A DNA stretch of 57,267 nucleotides, counting the filler, from Sphacelaria rigidula (taxonomy: Eukaryota), in NCBI GenBank assembly GCA_964200075.2. It is 8 parts of 8 records of this genome, joined end to end, with 100 filler letters (N's around TTAATTAATTAA, not from the genome) between each part and the next. Parts side by side here need not be neighbours in the genome. Positions count along the whole stretch, not along the records: positions 35,856 to 42,926 come from CAXNAA020016644.1; positions 43,027 to 50,097 come from CAXNAA020016645.1; 6 more parts are not named here. One strand, written 5' to 3'. Made by a program: the position numbers and the translations under genes. Position 1 is the first letter of the stretch. The number at the start of each line of letters is the position of its first letter. Of this stretch, positions 36,925 to 49,419 are shown one piece after another. The notes under the pieces are model-generated. The model made no database searches. It was not told the DNA's origin and worked only from the letters and a program-made list of their open reading frames with translations.

Positions 36925-38961
36925 CACAAAAAAAAACAAAAACATCGGCGATGATGAGAACACCCAGAAAATCCAGCCGCTGATAGTCTGACATCATCCA
37001 CAGTCTGTTCGAACAGAAACACAACACGCACACAGCGCAACAAAACGTCGGCGACAACAAATGACAGGCTTGTTCATGGGGTGGAAAAAATAACGAACAC
37101 TGACCAGTACAACTAAAATGAAGGACGGGCCGGCGGCGCATACCCGAAACATGATTTGCCAGCAACAAACCAGCACAACCCCGGCACACACTAGAGCACC
37201 GCGCACGCACCTAGAGGATTTTGTCCGGGGAAGTGCGGATGAGCGGAAAGATTGAAAAAGGAATCCTTCCAGCTGTGTTCTGGTGCATATCGTTTTGTTT
37301 TTCCTTCCAACTCCATGTGTGCGACAGAAAAAATAGTCTGTATGTCACATACACGGATCAATGTAAGCTGACTGAAAGGGGGCAAAAGCATTTGTCTTCG
37401 TGACAGGACTGATCGTTTCATGCCAGCTCGCACCGTGGGTACATCGAGGCGCCAGATGTCGTGTGACACATATCATGAGGGGTGACCGCGTGAGGGTACG
37501 TGCGGTGTAACATGGAGGTACATGGTACTGACCGATTTAAGGTAGCACGGAAAAGAATGCTCTCTGTCCTGGACAGATAACATGGACCGAAGCTTGTGTG
37601 GAAAGAAAATAAAACCGCATCATCCTGCACCAATTTTGATGCCCACCCTTGTGCGCAGGTACACACGACGCTTGTGCCTAGCTGTCGAGATATTGGGTGA
37701 TATGTTCACCTACATATATATATATATATATCCCAGCAGTTCTCCATTCCTTTCCCTTCCCTTTTCCGCTTCGCTTCGCTGTTGTGTTGTTTTCCAGTTC
37801 TCTCTACTTTTTTTCTCGCCCTTCTTGTGTTTTCCACTTGTCTTCCTTTTTTTCAGCCAACACTTCCGTGTTGTTCACCTTGGGCGCGGCACGTCTGTCC
37901 AGTGGATAAAGACCACGCCCTCGTGTATCAATATATGTGCGACAATAACTCGATCAACTTCAATCTACATCGTGAGTGGCCGTGAGTGTATCGATTCGCC
38001 CTACCGCATCTCTGTAAAACGTGTCAAAACCCCTCCCACTGCCGACGCAATGATTCTCAATCGTTTGGCGGGCACGTCGTCAGCACCCATTTTTCCCTAC
38101 TCATGGCGGCACGGCCCGAGCACACATGCCCAAAAAAGCAAAAAACACGTCGCCGCGTACTGTACAGGTAGTGACTGACTCACATAGGTCGAATGCCCTC
38201 ATTTCCATGCGGTGTGCGCACTGCATAGAGCGCATATCTAAACGCAGGTCAACCATGCAGCCATGCACGCGCAGACATGGATTATTCAGCTCCTTGCAAT
38301 ACAAGTGAGCAGCATTGAAACCTATCACGCGTGGCCTAGGCCTATTTTCTCCACAAACTACGTTTCAGGGGCAGTGTGATCCAAGGGACATTTTTCCGTG
38401 ACATAACGCTGATTTGTGAAGCATTCCTTGACGGGAACAGTGGAAACATGGACCGGAAAAAAAAAGAAAAAAAAAGACGATTCATGATGGAATCTCGTGA
38501 GAGCTGCGAAGCCGTGGAATTCCTCCAAACCTTTTACTTGTTACTGACTATTTGCTGCTATTGCCTGCTGTCTGCTCCCTGTCGCGTAGTTGTCTGTTTT
38601 TTGCTCTGCAGCTGCACCGTACATTTTTAGGAACAGGTAGCCTTGGCTACTACTTTCATCCAACAGTATTGTTGGTATACAACAGGTATTCGTTATACAA
38701 CAATCGTGAATACGGGTGCATTGCCACTGACGTCTACGTGCAACGCGATTTCCTTACTGTTTTTACGCGATAATATTGCATGATCGAGACTCAAACACGA
38801 ACATGTAACAACACATCACATGATATCGTACAGTTTCATGGGAGTAGCTAACAGCCTACAGGGACATCGTGTTCCGGCATGCTAATTCAAAACTCACTCA
38901 TCAGGTCTGCATGCTCATCATTATGACAACGAGCAGAGGCAATCATCGCCATACCCGTTAC

Positions 38962-39055
38962 CTTGTGCGGGCACTGTCCCAGGAGGAAGCGCGGGGGCTA
39001 CCCTTTGCGGCACTCTCCCGCAGCCTTCACTCTCCTCCACCTCTTGCTTCCATTG
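38962..39055 (-). CDS. Dicer-like protein, small linking exon (94 bp)
   Basis: GACAG|CAA TGG AAG...GCA CAA G|GTAACG translates QWKQEVEESEGCGRVPQRVAPALPPGTVPAQ. Phase 0 in and phase 1 out reconciles the flanking exons exactly. Confidence 0.7.
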
Positions 39056-39685
39056 CTGTCACGATTAAAAAACATCGGGCAAATCCCAACATTATGCGCG
39101 TACGCAAGAAAAAGAGAGATGTCGCATTTTTCAAGGGAAACAGCATTCGGGAGTGAGCAGCGATCCGGGGGGCGGTGATACTTTAGACGTGTAGACTTTG
39201 TGTTGCGGCGTGCTCCTCCTAGCTCGATCCCTGTCATCGACGTTTCCGGTGTTCATGTTTCGTTTGGTGTTTCCGTGGACAAGGTATCGGGTCACTGACG
39301 ATGTGTTCGATTCAATAGCATTTCTTGTCGCCTTACATCCTAATTTTCCCTAGTGCTGTCTTCCGGTCGCCTTACACGTTTGCATTGGTAAATATTGTTC
39401 TTCGTCAAGGTGACTACTGCTTTGACTAGTATAATCACGATGGAATCGTACGTATATGCAGGAGAACAAGACCTAGTGCGGTCCCCCCCTTGCTCGTGAC
39501 AACGATATGCGGAAAGCACGTTCAGAAAAAGGGAGGGGGGAGGGGTCCGTAGGCGCCAAAAACGAAACAACATCGCAACCCCATGGCGACCAAAAAGGTT
39601 CACGCAGCGCGGAATCAAAAGTCATCACTGCAGGCTGGAGATATCGGTTACAAAGGGAGCCCTCATTTCCGTTGATGTGCGTTAC

Positions 39686-39823
39686 CTTGTCGAACATGGT
39701 CCATGAAGGGTGGGTAATCGCTTGCAAGCACAGCCAAGGGTGTCGGAATTTGTAGCCGAGCATCTTCTCCAAACCTCGGATGTTTCCCATCAGTCTCTCG
39801 GACGGTCTTGTTGTTACATACAC
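39686..39823 (-). CDS. Dicer-like protein, exon with the start of an RNase III domain
   Basis: VYVTTRPSERLMGNIRGLEKMLGYKFRHPWLCLQAITHPSWTMFDK matches LE..LGY.F....L...A.TH.S. Donor AAG|GTAACG. Confidence 0.85.
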
Positions 39824-40137
39824 CTTTGTAGCGGCAGCAGAAGCAGCAGCAACAACAACAACGAAGAAGACGGAGACGACGACGGCGACGGTGACACACA
39901 TCACCACAGCAGTTTTTCAAAAGATGGTGATGCATACATTTCTCGTGACAAACAGCCGGTAGCTGCAGGCGAAACATAGACGTTGAGACGAAAAATTCGA
40001 GAACATTTCATACGGGGCGCAAGCTATATTTTCCCTTTAAATTCAACTCATAAAATAAAAATTCGCTCATCAACTATCAAATCGATCAGCGACTTCATCT
40101 CCACCTCATTAATCACACACGAAATCCAACGAAGTAC

Positions 40138-42095
40138 CTTGGGAAGAACACCGGTGTCCGCCAGGTACTCCGCACTCATCAGGGGCTCTCTCCGAATCGG
40201 CCACTGCGCGTCCTCCCTCAACCCTTCGAGCCATTCTCCCTCCTCCTCCTCCTCCTCCTCCTCCTCTTTGCCCTCCTTATCAATCTCCCCCTTTCCTTTT
40301 TCATCATCCCCAGCCGTCTTGCTTTCGCCGGCGGCCGCCTCCTTCCCTACCTCCCCGTCCTTCTTGGGTGCTTCTATTTGCCCCCCCTCGATCACCTTTG
40401 GGCCCTCGGCTCGTGCTGCGACCCTGCCCTCACAGTGATCATCTTCGCTCGCTCGTTTGGCAGCTTCATTGCTGGAACCGTCTTTCGGACCATCGAGGGG
40501 ACCATTGCCCTCACCGACGATATTTTTCTGGGAGGCACACTCCGACTCTTGCGGCGGCGGCGACAGCGACGGCGACGGTAGTGGCGGCGGCGGCTGCTGC
40601 TGCAGCTCTTCCTGCTCGTTTTCGCCGTGCTTTTCGTGGTTGGCGGTCCTGATTCTCGCCTCCGCCGCTGCCGCCCGTAAAGCCCTCGCTGAGGCCGGCG
40701 AGAGAGTCGGCATGACGTTCGAGACGGCCACGGATGGTGACGTGGACGTTGAGGCGCTGGTGGAGCCCACTTTACCGCTCGACCCCCAGCTTCCACCCAG
40801 CCTGTGTCCGCCAACTCCTCCACTCTCACTCCACGTTTGAACATCCTCCAACGAGAGTCCTCGCCGCGAAATGGCGGACCCCCGAACCTCATCACCACTG
40901 ACATCACCAGCAGCCTCAGTGCTGCGTCCCCTCTTCCCGTGCCGGCCCCAGCTTGCGTTGCTGACCATCCCCGCGTCACCGCTCTCGGTGGCCATAGAAC
41001 GCCCGATTTCAGGCGGGACGCATGAATCAGTCCCGCCAACAGCATTGCCGGGAGACGGCGGGGGCGGGGGTGACTGGCTGCGATCAAGAGGCGGGGGCGA
41101 AGGAGTGCGAACAAGCACCCTCTTGTCAGAGACCGTGCTCCGAGGCGAAGGTGGCGGCGGTGGGGAGGGTACACGAGCACTCCTTCCTCTCAGCATTCTG
41201 CGAGCATTAGTCCTAGCGCCGTCTCGGCGAACAGGGGACAACGATCGGGAGCGGCGAACAGGAGACGGCCTTCTCGCCGACGGAGCAGGCGCATCAAAGG
41301 CGCCGAACCTCCCCGGGTCGGCGAGGAGATATCCTGGGGGTTTCCAAAGCCACGGACGCTCAGAATCTTCAACCGCCGTCGGCTTCCCCGCTTTCTCTTC
41401 TTCACCATCGACGTCACCGGAGGCTGCAGCAGTTTCAGGGGACGCGCCGGAAACATCCGCGGTTACGGCGGCGGCCACCGCTGACTCTTTGATTCCATCG
41501 TCATTGCCATCAGTTATGCCGTTACCCACCCCAACCGTCCCTTCGCCGCCGTCACCGCCGCCACCGCCGCCACCACCGCCATTGCACGTGTTCTCACGCG
41601 GAGCCACGTCTCGTCCCATGTCACAGACCCCACTGCTATCGTTGGAATTCGAAACGACCGAAGACGGTGCAGTGCTGCGCGCGTCCTCCCCACCGTTGCC
41701 GACATCTCCGGTAGAAGCACTTCCAGGGCTGTGCCCATCTGGGGTCCTCATACGCTTGACCCCCGCCTCCAGCCTCTCTCCACAGGCCGGTGCCTCCCCT
41801 GCCGCCGCTTCAACATCGCCCTGTTTGCGTTTGCCGGTCGATGACGATGACGATGACCCTGAGCCGCTGAACTTTGACTCTAAATCGTTGGATGCGGGGC
41901 CGACTGTAGCGGCGGCAGCGGTAACGCCGACCGTAGCGGTACTATTGGAGATGATAGTTTCGTCTCCGGATGTGGATATCAAACCAGAAATGCGGTTGCT
42001 ACTGCTGCCGCCGCGTCCTTTTCCCTCGTCTTGGTCCACCGGATCGTGCGGCAGAGAATACCGGGAGAGAGGGCTCTTGTTGCCAACGTCGCCGC
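40138..42095 (-). CDS. Dicer-like protein, 1958-bp low-complexity exon
   Basis: Open frame of ~650 aa rich in G/S/P/E. The acceptor TAG|GC is phase 1 and matches the upstream exon. The donor AAG|GTACT is phase 0 and matches the downstream exon. Confidence 0.75.
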
Positions 42096-42307
42096 CTACT
42101 CGGTGTGCGTTGACACGTGCGCAGCAGGGACGTTCAGAATAGGCTTTTCAATCACACGGCGGAGGACATGCTAATGCTGTGCCTCACCAAGACACGGATA
42201 CCACTGGCGGCTCCATGCATCAATGGCCAGACAACGAGCTACAGTATTACGAGCGACCGAAATAAGAAGCGACGCGAATTCAAGACAAATATATATATGG
42301 TGGCTAT

Positions 42308-42369
<62 letters not shown>
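42308..42369. repeat. (AAC)n microsatellite in the Dicer-like intron; (CA)n tracts also at 36891-36922 and 48946-49004
   Basis: Perfect short tandem repeats are directly visible. Confidence 0.95.
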
Positions 42370-42402
42370 GTCACCAACGGCATCTCCCACAGAATCACTC
42401 AC

Positions 42403-42789
42403 CATCACAGCCCAACCCCGACCCCGATCCCGCCAATCCCTCCTGCAACTCAAAGGCCGCCGCAGCCCCCGCTGCAGCCAACTCGACGATGCCCTGGGGG
42501 GGCGACGTATCAGTCGTCCCGGCGGCCGCCACCACCGTTCCAACATCACCCGAAGCCACACAAGCACCAGCAGCACAAGCACCATCACTTTTGTCCTCCT
42601 CCTTCCCATCCACAGCTTCCGGCTCACCGCCCTTCTCTTCCCCATCTCGAGCGGCTTTTGGTCTGAATGCCCTCGGGCGAATCTTGAAGGCGTTTTCCTG
42701 CTGTGGTCTAGCAGGGTCGTTGGAGGACTCGAGGGTCGGCAGCCCCAGCCACTCCATCAGGTAAGCCGCGCTGCGATTTCCCCCGGCCA
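42403..42789 (-). CDS. Dicer-like protein, exon with the probable end of the first RNase III domain
   Basis: AGGNRSAAYLMEWLGL resembles the GG...A..F..WLG end of Dicer RNase IIIa. Donor GATG|GTGAGT. The 5' boundary is approximate. Confidence 0.7.
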
Positions 42790-43134
42790 CTGGGGCGGCT
42801 CTGGGCAGCGCGTTGTGGTACGGTTGCCGATTCGCGCGCGCGTGTGTGTTTGTGTGGGGGGGGGGGGGGTGGCGCTAGCGGGCAGCGGGGGAGGTGGGGG
42901 GGGGACCGTGGCATGGGCCATGGCTTNNNNNNNNNNNNNNNNNNNNNNNNNNNNNNNNNNNNNNNNNNNNTTAATTAATTAANNNNNNNNNNNNNNNNNN
43001 NNNNNNNNNNNNNNNNNNNNNNNNNNGATCTAATGGTCAAATGACGAAGGCAAGCAACAAATGAGTACGCCCTCCCTCCACTCCCCCCAACTCCCGCCCT
43101 CGCGGCGCACCTCCGCCACGGCAAGTTCGCGTCG

Positions 43135-45658
43135 TCACTGCGTGGTAATGAACCCGGTCTTGATGTCAAGGATGGTGCGGTGTGCCTTGTGCTTCTCGCG
43201 CATCGCCTCGTCTCCGACGTCCGCCTTCGGGACGTCGCCGCCTGCGTCCTTGATTTGCGCCATCTCACGGTACGCCCGGCAGAAGTCTCGAGTGCGTCGC
43301 GCAAAGCGTCGCACTTGGCCCAGCGTCAACTTTGCGACGCGGCACAGAGACTTGACGATAGTAGCGTGTAGGTTTGTTGGCACCCCGTCATTGATTTCCC
43401 GCCGAAAGGGCCCCTTCGACATCCCCCAGGAATATTCGATCCCAACCCCTGCAACCTCGGGGTGGTATTTGGGCGATAGCACCAGGATGTGGCCACGACT
43501 CTCTATGGTGTGCTGCAGTGCTATTTTCTCGTTCCGAAAGTCCGGCAAATTTTCCCAGAACGGTTGCCATGTTCTCCTCCGGCTGTACCTCATCTCCCGT
43601 GCGCATCTTGTCCACCCACAGTCCGCGCTCCCACAACACCTGCTTCATACCTTTCGGTTTACCGACGTAACACTCTCTGATCCACTCCTCCGTTGTTGCG
43701 GTTGCGCTAGTTGCTCCCTCCGTGCCCCCGCCTTCTGAAACGAGAGCGTTATCATTTTTGTTGGATGCTTTCTCTCGTACCTCCTTCGTGTCTCTCTGGG
43801 GGGCATCCACATCGTAAAAGGGTGGCGGGTCACCTGCCTGAAATACCATGCGTTGTGTGTCACCTACGGCGAGCTTCCTCGGATAAGGTTTGGCTCCTGG
43901 GCTGTATACTGTGCTCCACTTTTCTTTTAATTTGTACATGGTCGCCTGCGAGTTGCCCAAACACCCCTCCGTCACTTTGGTATTCCGTAGCATCCTCTGC
44001 GTGCCTCCATATTTGACATTCATGTAGGATGTATGCAGTCCATCCTCACGCATTTTTGAGTGTCCCGCGGAATGATCCACCTCAAACACTATTTGCTTGT
44101 CCTTTTCGATGACCTCTAGAACATCCATGACATCCACGAACTGTTTCTCAAACCGATCGAAATCCCAGGAGCCACCCTTGTCTTTGCCGAACACAAGATG
44201 TCGCGTGCCCGGGGTCCTTTTCAGCGCCGACCGGCCCCGTTCTTCTCGAAATTTGGTTACCCTGTCCAGCTCATCTTGCGACAGAGGCAAGCCGAAGCCG
44301 CGCGTCTCGTCCTGGAAAGCCGAAACCATCTCTGCCGGCCCCTCCGTCTTCTTTCGCGGGCCACGCACACTCTGGATCACCCACTCATTGACCTCGAGCG
44401 CGAACGCTTTGGAAATGCTTTCACCCTGCCCAATGTAGTACACCTCACGATCGCACTTGCACACCTCCTTGGAATGTTGCGCCTTGCAGGAAGCCCGAGC
44501 AGCTTCTGGAAAGCGGACGCTGTAGTGCCCCCCATCTCGCCCGAGAGCACTGCGGAGTGCATCAAAGGTTTCGATCACGCCGCCATCGTTCAAGAGGTCA
44601 ACGTGGAACTCGATGCACGCCTTGCCATCAATTTCGCAGTCGTATACCTCTGCATAAAAATCCTCGTCGCCGCTTTTCTTCAGATTGTCGAAATTCGCTA
44701 GCTCCTGGGGCGATAGAGAAGACTTTTCCACGCGCACCCACAGCGGTTGGCGCAATGCGATTGACCGCTTCTGTTCGATGTACACGTTGCGGCTGTGCAC
44801 TACAGGCCTCTCGTGGCCATCAGTGAAATACGTTTGACTGTGCCCCTCATACGTACACCCCAGTTTTGTCACCCATGAGTAAACCATGGATGTCGAGATA
44901 GGGAGTGTCAGATGATACTGGTCCAGCTTCAGCATCCCTCCTTCGCCCGCGAGTAGGCCGTCATTCACGTATCGACGGACGGACTTGATCCTGACCTGCT
45001 TCTGCGACTTGATCCACCGTAAGAGCTTCAGCTTGATATCCTCCTCGGACAATATCCACTCCCTCTCGTACACCTCCCTTCCGTCGCCCTTGAAGTACCC
45101 CTTGAGTTTCTCAAACTCGCACGCCCACTTCAGAATCGTCCACGGCTTCACGCCTCTGAGGCCGTCACGCACCGTCAGGCTCGCCGCCGTCTTCAGAAGA
45201 GGGGATTCATGGCGAAGCCCGTACGCCTCCGACATAAGGTCGAACACGCGGCGATCGGCGATCCTCACGGCAGTTTGTGTTGCGGGTGTGCCTCCGTCAC
45301 AAATATCTTTCGCTTGCTCCAGGTATTCCAAGACTTTTCCGTTACGCTCACGTTTCGCCTTGAGAATTTCTATTATTGTCGTCGCTTGGATGTGCACACG
45401 AATTCTTTGCGCGTCCGGCACAGGCGAGGACACGCCGGGCCCCACCCCTGCTGCATTTTGAGCTTCTGGGTACACATCCTCGTCGGGCAGGAGTAGCACC
45501 AACGGACGTCCCCACATGTTCGCCGCGAGACGGCGGATCAATGAGTCGAGGATTTCGTTCTGTGTTTTTAGCCCCGTGATCCGTGGACCAAGGTAGGAAG
45601 CACGTCTGCTAAACCTGCCGCAAACCCTGGCATCCCTCCTTCGCCAACCCCGTTCCAA
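43135..45658 (-). pseudogene. IS630/Tc1/mariner-superfamily (DDE) transposase, frameshifted
   Basis: Motifs TDGHER, GQGES (Asp expected at the second G), MVSAFQDE, FEVDHSAGH and PKGMKQVLWERGL. After a frameshift near 43555 it continues LPDFRNEK...RGHILVLSPKYHPEVAGVGIEYSWGMSK (P.Y.PE...IE..W...K). Confidence 0.85.
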
Positions 45659-46493
45659 GGATTTTCGCTCTCGGCTGGAAAGGGGCGACGAAGAAGCGAA
45701 CTCCGTGCGGCAAATTTGGTGCCCTTCCAGGCGTAGCCGCTTAAGTGTTTGGTCTTGGGCGCAGCTGAGTCGGGCGAGGCTGCTTTCCGATTTCCCTGTG
45801 GGATGTGGCGAGGGATGGGATTTGGCCGAGATGGGTTACACACCACCGATGCATGTCGGCGCACCGTGTGCGTACGCACAGCCGTGAACGCCATCTGTGA
45901 CAGCAGCAGCATGTACAACCACGCGTGTTGGAAACATCCAAAAGACGACGTAATTTCTTCCTATGCTTTGCTTCTGTTGACCTTTTCAAACATTTTTTTC
46001 ACATCTTAGTCTACTATGTCGTTTTGTTTGACTTCTTTCTGCTCCTTTTTTTCTTCAGCGAGTAGTTCAGCTTTGTTTTTATTGGGTACGTCCATCATGA
46101 GACCACGGCTGGACCCCTGGGGGATCAGTTTAAGTGCGACAATCGATCAATCAACCAATCAATCAAAATCAATCAACGCCCGGCCTATGACGAGGGTTAT
46201 AAACGTGGGGCACCGATCATAACAGGGTTACAGACTGTGGCTCATGGAGTAGCAAGGAAGTTTACACAATGTACGGACGGCATGGTGCCCGGCCTGCAAC
46301 GCACCGTGCGCGCGTAGAGAACCACGCCATTTGCAGGACTTCACGTCGGGCGAATACACATGCCGTGAAGTCGAGCGTCATCATGGAAACGGTGGAGTAT
46401 GGCATCATTCCATTGCTTGAAGCTGCAGGAGAGCAGCAGTCGTTCCGTCCAGGCCACATCCCGTCCTTCGGGGAGGCAAGTGATTATCACACA

Positions 46494-46966
46494 AGACTAT
46501 CTTTTATGGAAACCAATCTCGATTTGTACAAATATGAGGATTTCTGTCCGTCTACAGGCGATTTTCTCCCGTGAATTGATTTTTCGGACCCCAGTACATT
46601 GAGTAATATTTTTTGACTAGCTGCGAGAAAGCCAATTCAATTCTCCGATTCTCTGGACATTGACTTTTGATAGTTCACATTTCTATTCATATTGGGACAC
46701 TCCGGCATCTCCCCCGATTTTTCCCGAATTTTTCGAAAAATTGGGAAAGATGTGGGAGTGTCCCGATTTGACCAGAAAAGGTAATAATCCAAAAACCAAC
46801 GCTCAAATAATTAGAGAATGTATCTGGTTTTGTCTCAGCTAACCGAGAAACATTACCCAACGGACTGGGGCCCGGAAAATTAATCCAAGGGAGAAAGTCG
46901 CTGGTAGACGGACTGCAATTCTCATATTTGTACGAATCAAGATTGGTTGCCGTAAAAGATGGCCTA
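46494..46966. mobile_element. Diverged palindromic MITE, same family as 27055-27516
   Basis: Shared segments (ACCAATC...TTTGTA.AAATATG.GGATTTC; ATTGATTTTTCGG.CCCCAGT; AATTCTCCGATTCTCTGG) and a self-complementary layout. Confidence 0.8.
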
Positions 46967-48941
46967 AAACGAACCACATCACATGCAGACTACCTTTGGT
47001 GTTTGTTTGAGGTTACCACATATGTCATCATCGGAGGGGTGATGTCTTGCGTCATGCTTCAGCAACAGGAAGGAGCAGCAGCAGCAGCGGCGGCGGCGGC
47101 GGCACCGCAAAATACGGCGCTGCGCGACAGCACAAGCAGTACCACTCGTGAAAACACCACCCATATGCATTCGCAAACAGCAAGAGGCAGGCGAAGCGTG
47201 CGAATACCTAATCCGAAACCGCCGTGCAGGCAGTAACACCTTCGTTGCGCACTTTTCTTGCCATTTCTTTTATTTCCCTCTTTTGTCGGTGTGCTTTTCT
47301 TAGCAGATCTGACTTTTTTTTCTTCAAGCTGTTGAACTCGGGGAAGCTACTTGTCATGTTTTTCTTGGCGTTTCTCTTCTCACTTTCATTTTGGTAATAT
47401 TTGAGTTAATTGCGTGTGTTCATGTAATTAGGCTGGAGTCTCCGAAAAACGATGGGGGACTCTTGTCTTGTAAGGAATAGCAGGGACGGTATTGGAAAGA
47501 CACACCTACGTCTGTGACCACGGGTTCGAGAGATCGGACTAATGTGCGGAAATAATAATAATAATAATAGTGTGCAAATATCTGTACGGTACTGCATGAC
47601 GGACACCATTTCAAACATACAGCAGTCATTGTGCACTGCATATCACGCAAGAAACATGTCGCTTCCAACGATCCACATTACCTGTAGAAAACCAACTCAG
47701 GCGATACGATTTGATCCGAGCGAAAGTGCTGCCATGGACAGGGTGGTTTCTAACGTCATGTCCATAGTACAGAATTCAGCAGGATTAACAACAGTAACGA
47801 CATACCTGCAGCCTCGAAGGACTTACCTAAGGGAACAGCTGATTGCCCATGAGCTGAGCTCGTGATATTTTTCGGCAAGATTTCATGAGTAGGGCGACCT
47901 CTCCTCCCTTCCTCCTAGTTTAATCTCCACCCCTCGGCAGCTACTTCCGCCTGCTGCCGTGTCTCAAATCGTGGTGATTTCTTCCGCTCGAGCCTTTCGC
48001 CCTTTGCTGGTGTGAACCTCAGTGAGAGACGATATTTTCTAGACTTTCTGTCGACATGAACAGTTGGTGCAGATGCCTTTGACCATAGATGTCCGCCCGT
48101 GGAAGAGCTGGGCGGCGTGTTTTCGTTTTTCATATCCATCGTGAGCACCGGCTTGTGTTGCGGTCGTGGCCACTTGTGCCTCAAGGTTTTAATTCAGTCT
48201 TGCGCCAGGATTGCCCAAAAATTAATCCCAGACCCTATGTACCCCTCCCCCCCCCCTCCCCCCCCTTGTACACGGTCGTGGGACTTCTTTTTTTCTTCAC
48301 GTTATAACACTCAATAAATAACACTTTTGGGGCGACTTGGGTGAGATATACGAGTAGCGCCTTTGATTGTTGGCCCTATTTGCCACCGCACAAGATGCGA
48401 CGCACACTAGACGCAAATTTGCGGCGCAAGTAGATGTGTTTAGTTAGCTTGATTTTTTGTAGCAAGCATTGCACAGCATTCATTGTGGTAGTTGTCTGGT
48501 CTTGTTTTCGTAGTGGGAGTGTGATGTGCTGTGTATGGTATGCCGAAGCCCACAAATGTAACTTGGCCTTACTTGGCTCCGGAGCTGTCCGAAGAATCAA
48601 ACCGTCATCAACACGATTTTTTATTAATGAAGGAACATCATGCGTCAATGCCAGATATATATTGAACGACAAGGGCACATTGACTTACATTGACTCATCG
48701 CTAAATTATCGACGTTATATATTTGGTACATCGGCACCTTAACTAACTACTGAGGAGCGAACAGCGACTTGGAACAAAGCTAAATACTGTTTCTTTCATG
48801 AACTTTCTTTATCAACAAACGCGATTTTTTTGCGTTTGTATGGGATTGGGTAACCCCCCCCCCCGAAAAAATCCAGTATTAAAAAAAGAGGCGTAGAGTC
48901 TCTGCGATCGATTTTTTTGGGCACCCTTGCTTGCGCGGAAA

Positions 48942-49009
<68 letters not shown>

Positions 49010-49419
49010 ATACCGGAATGCCCCGCCCTATATGTGTGGCAAAAGGCTTGGCGAAGAAAGGTCATGACATGAAGACTGTCTTTATGTCATAACCTTTGCC
49101 CTATATTTGTGGTTGCCCGCACTTGGCCCCTACACAGTAATAATTGCACTTTTGACTGTAAGAAGGACCTTGGTACTAATAATGCGTCTACTGTTGCAAA
49201 AGTTAATTTCCCCTTTTCATATATTAGCACCAACCACCACGTCGTCACCCCCCTCTTCTTGTGAGCCTTTTTTCTATGCTTTTTTACGAGAAGAGGCTTG
49301 TGAAGGTGTAACCTTCCCCCCCGGCTGACGGTGAGGACACGTGTGCACCTCATCTTCTCCAGCCCATGATTTCTTCGTGCGTGTTTTGGGTTGCTCCCTG
49401 CAGAAGACTTCCCCGTGGG

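Noticed and set aside
40871-42142. 423-aa plus-strand ORF
   Set aside because: It is the antisense shadow of the GC-rich Dicer-like exon, whose splice phases support the minus strand.
31895-42926. Functional linkage between the long hairpins and the neighbouring Dicer-like gene
   Set aside because: They lie on different scaffolds separated by the artificial linker at 35756-35855, so the adjacency only reflects length sorting.
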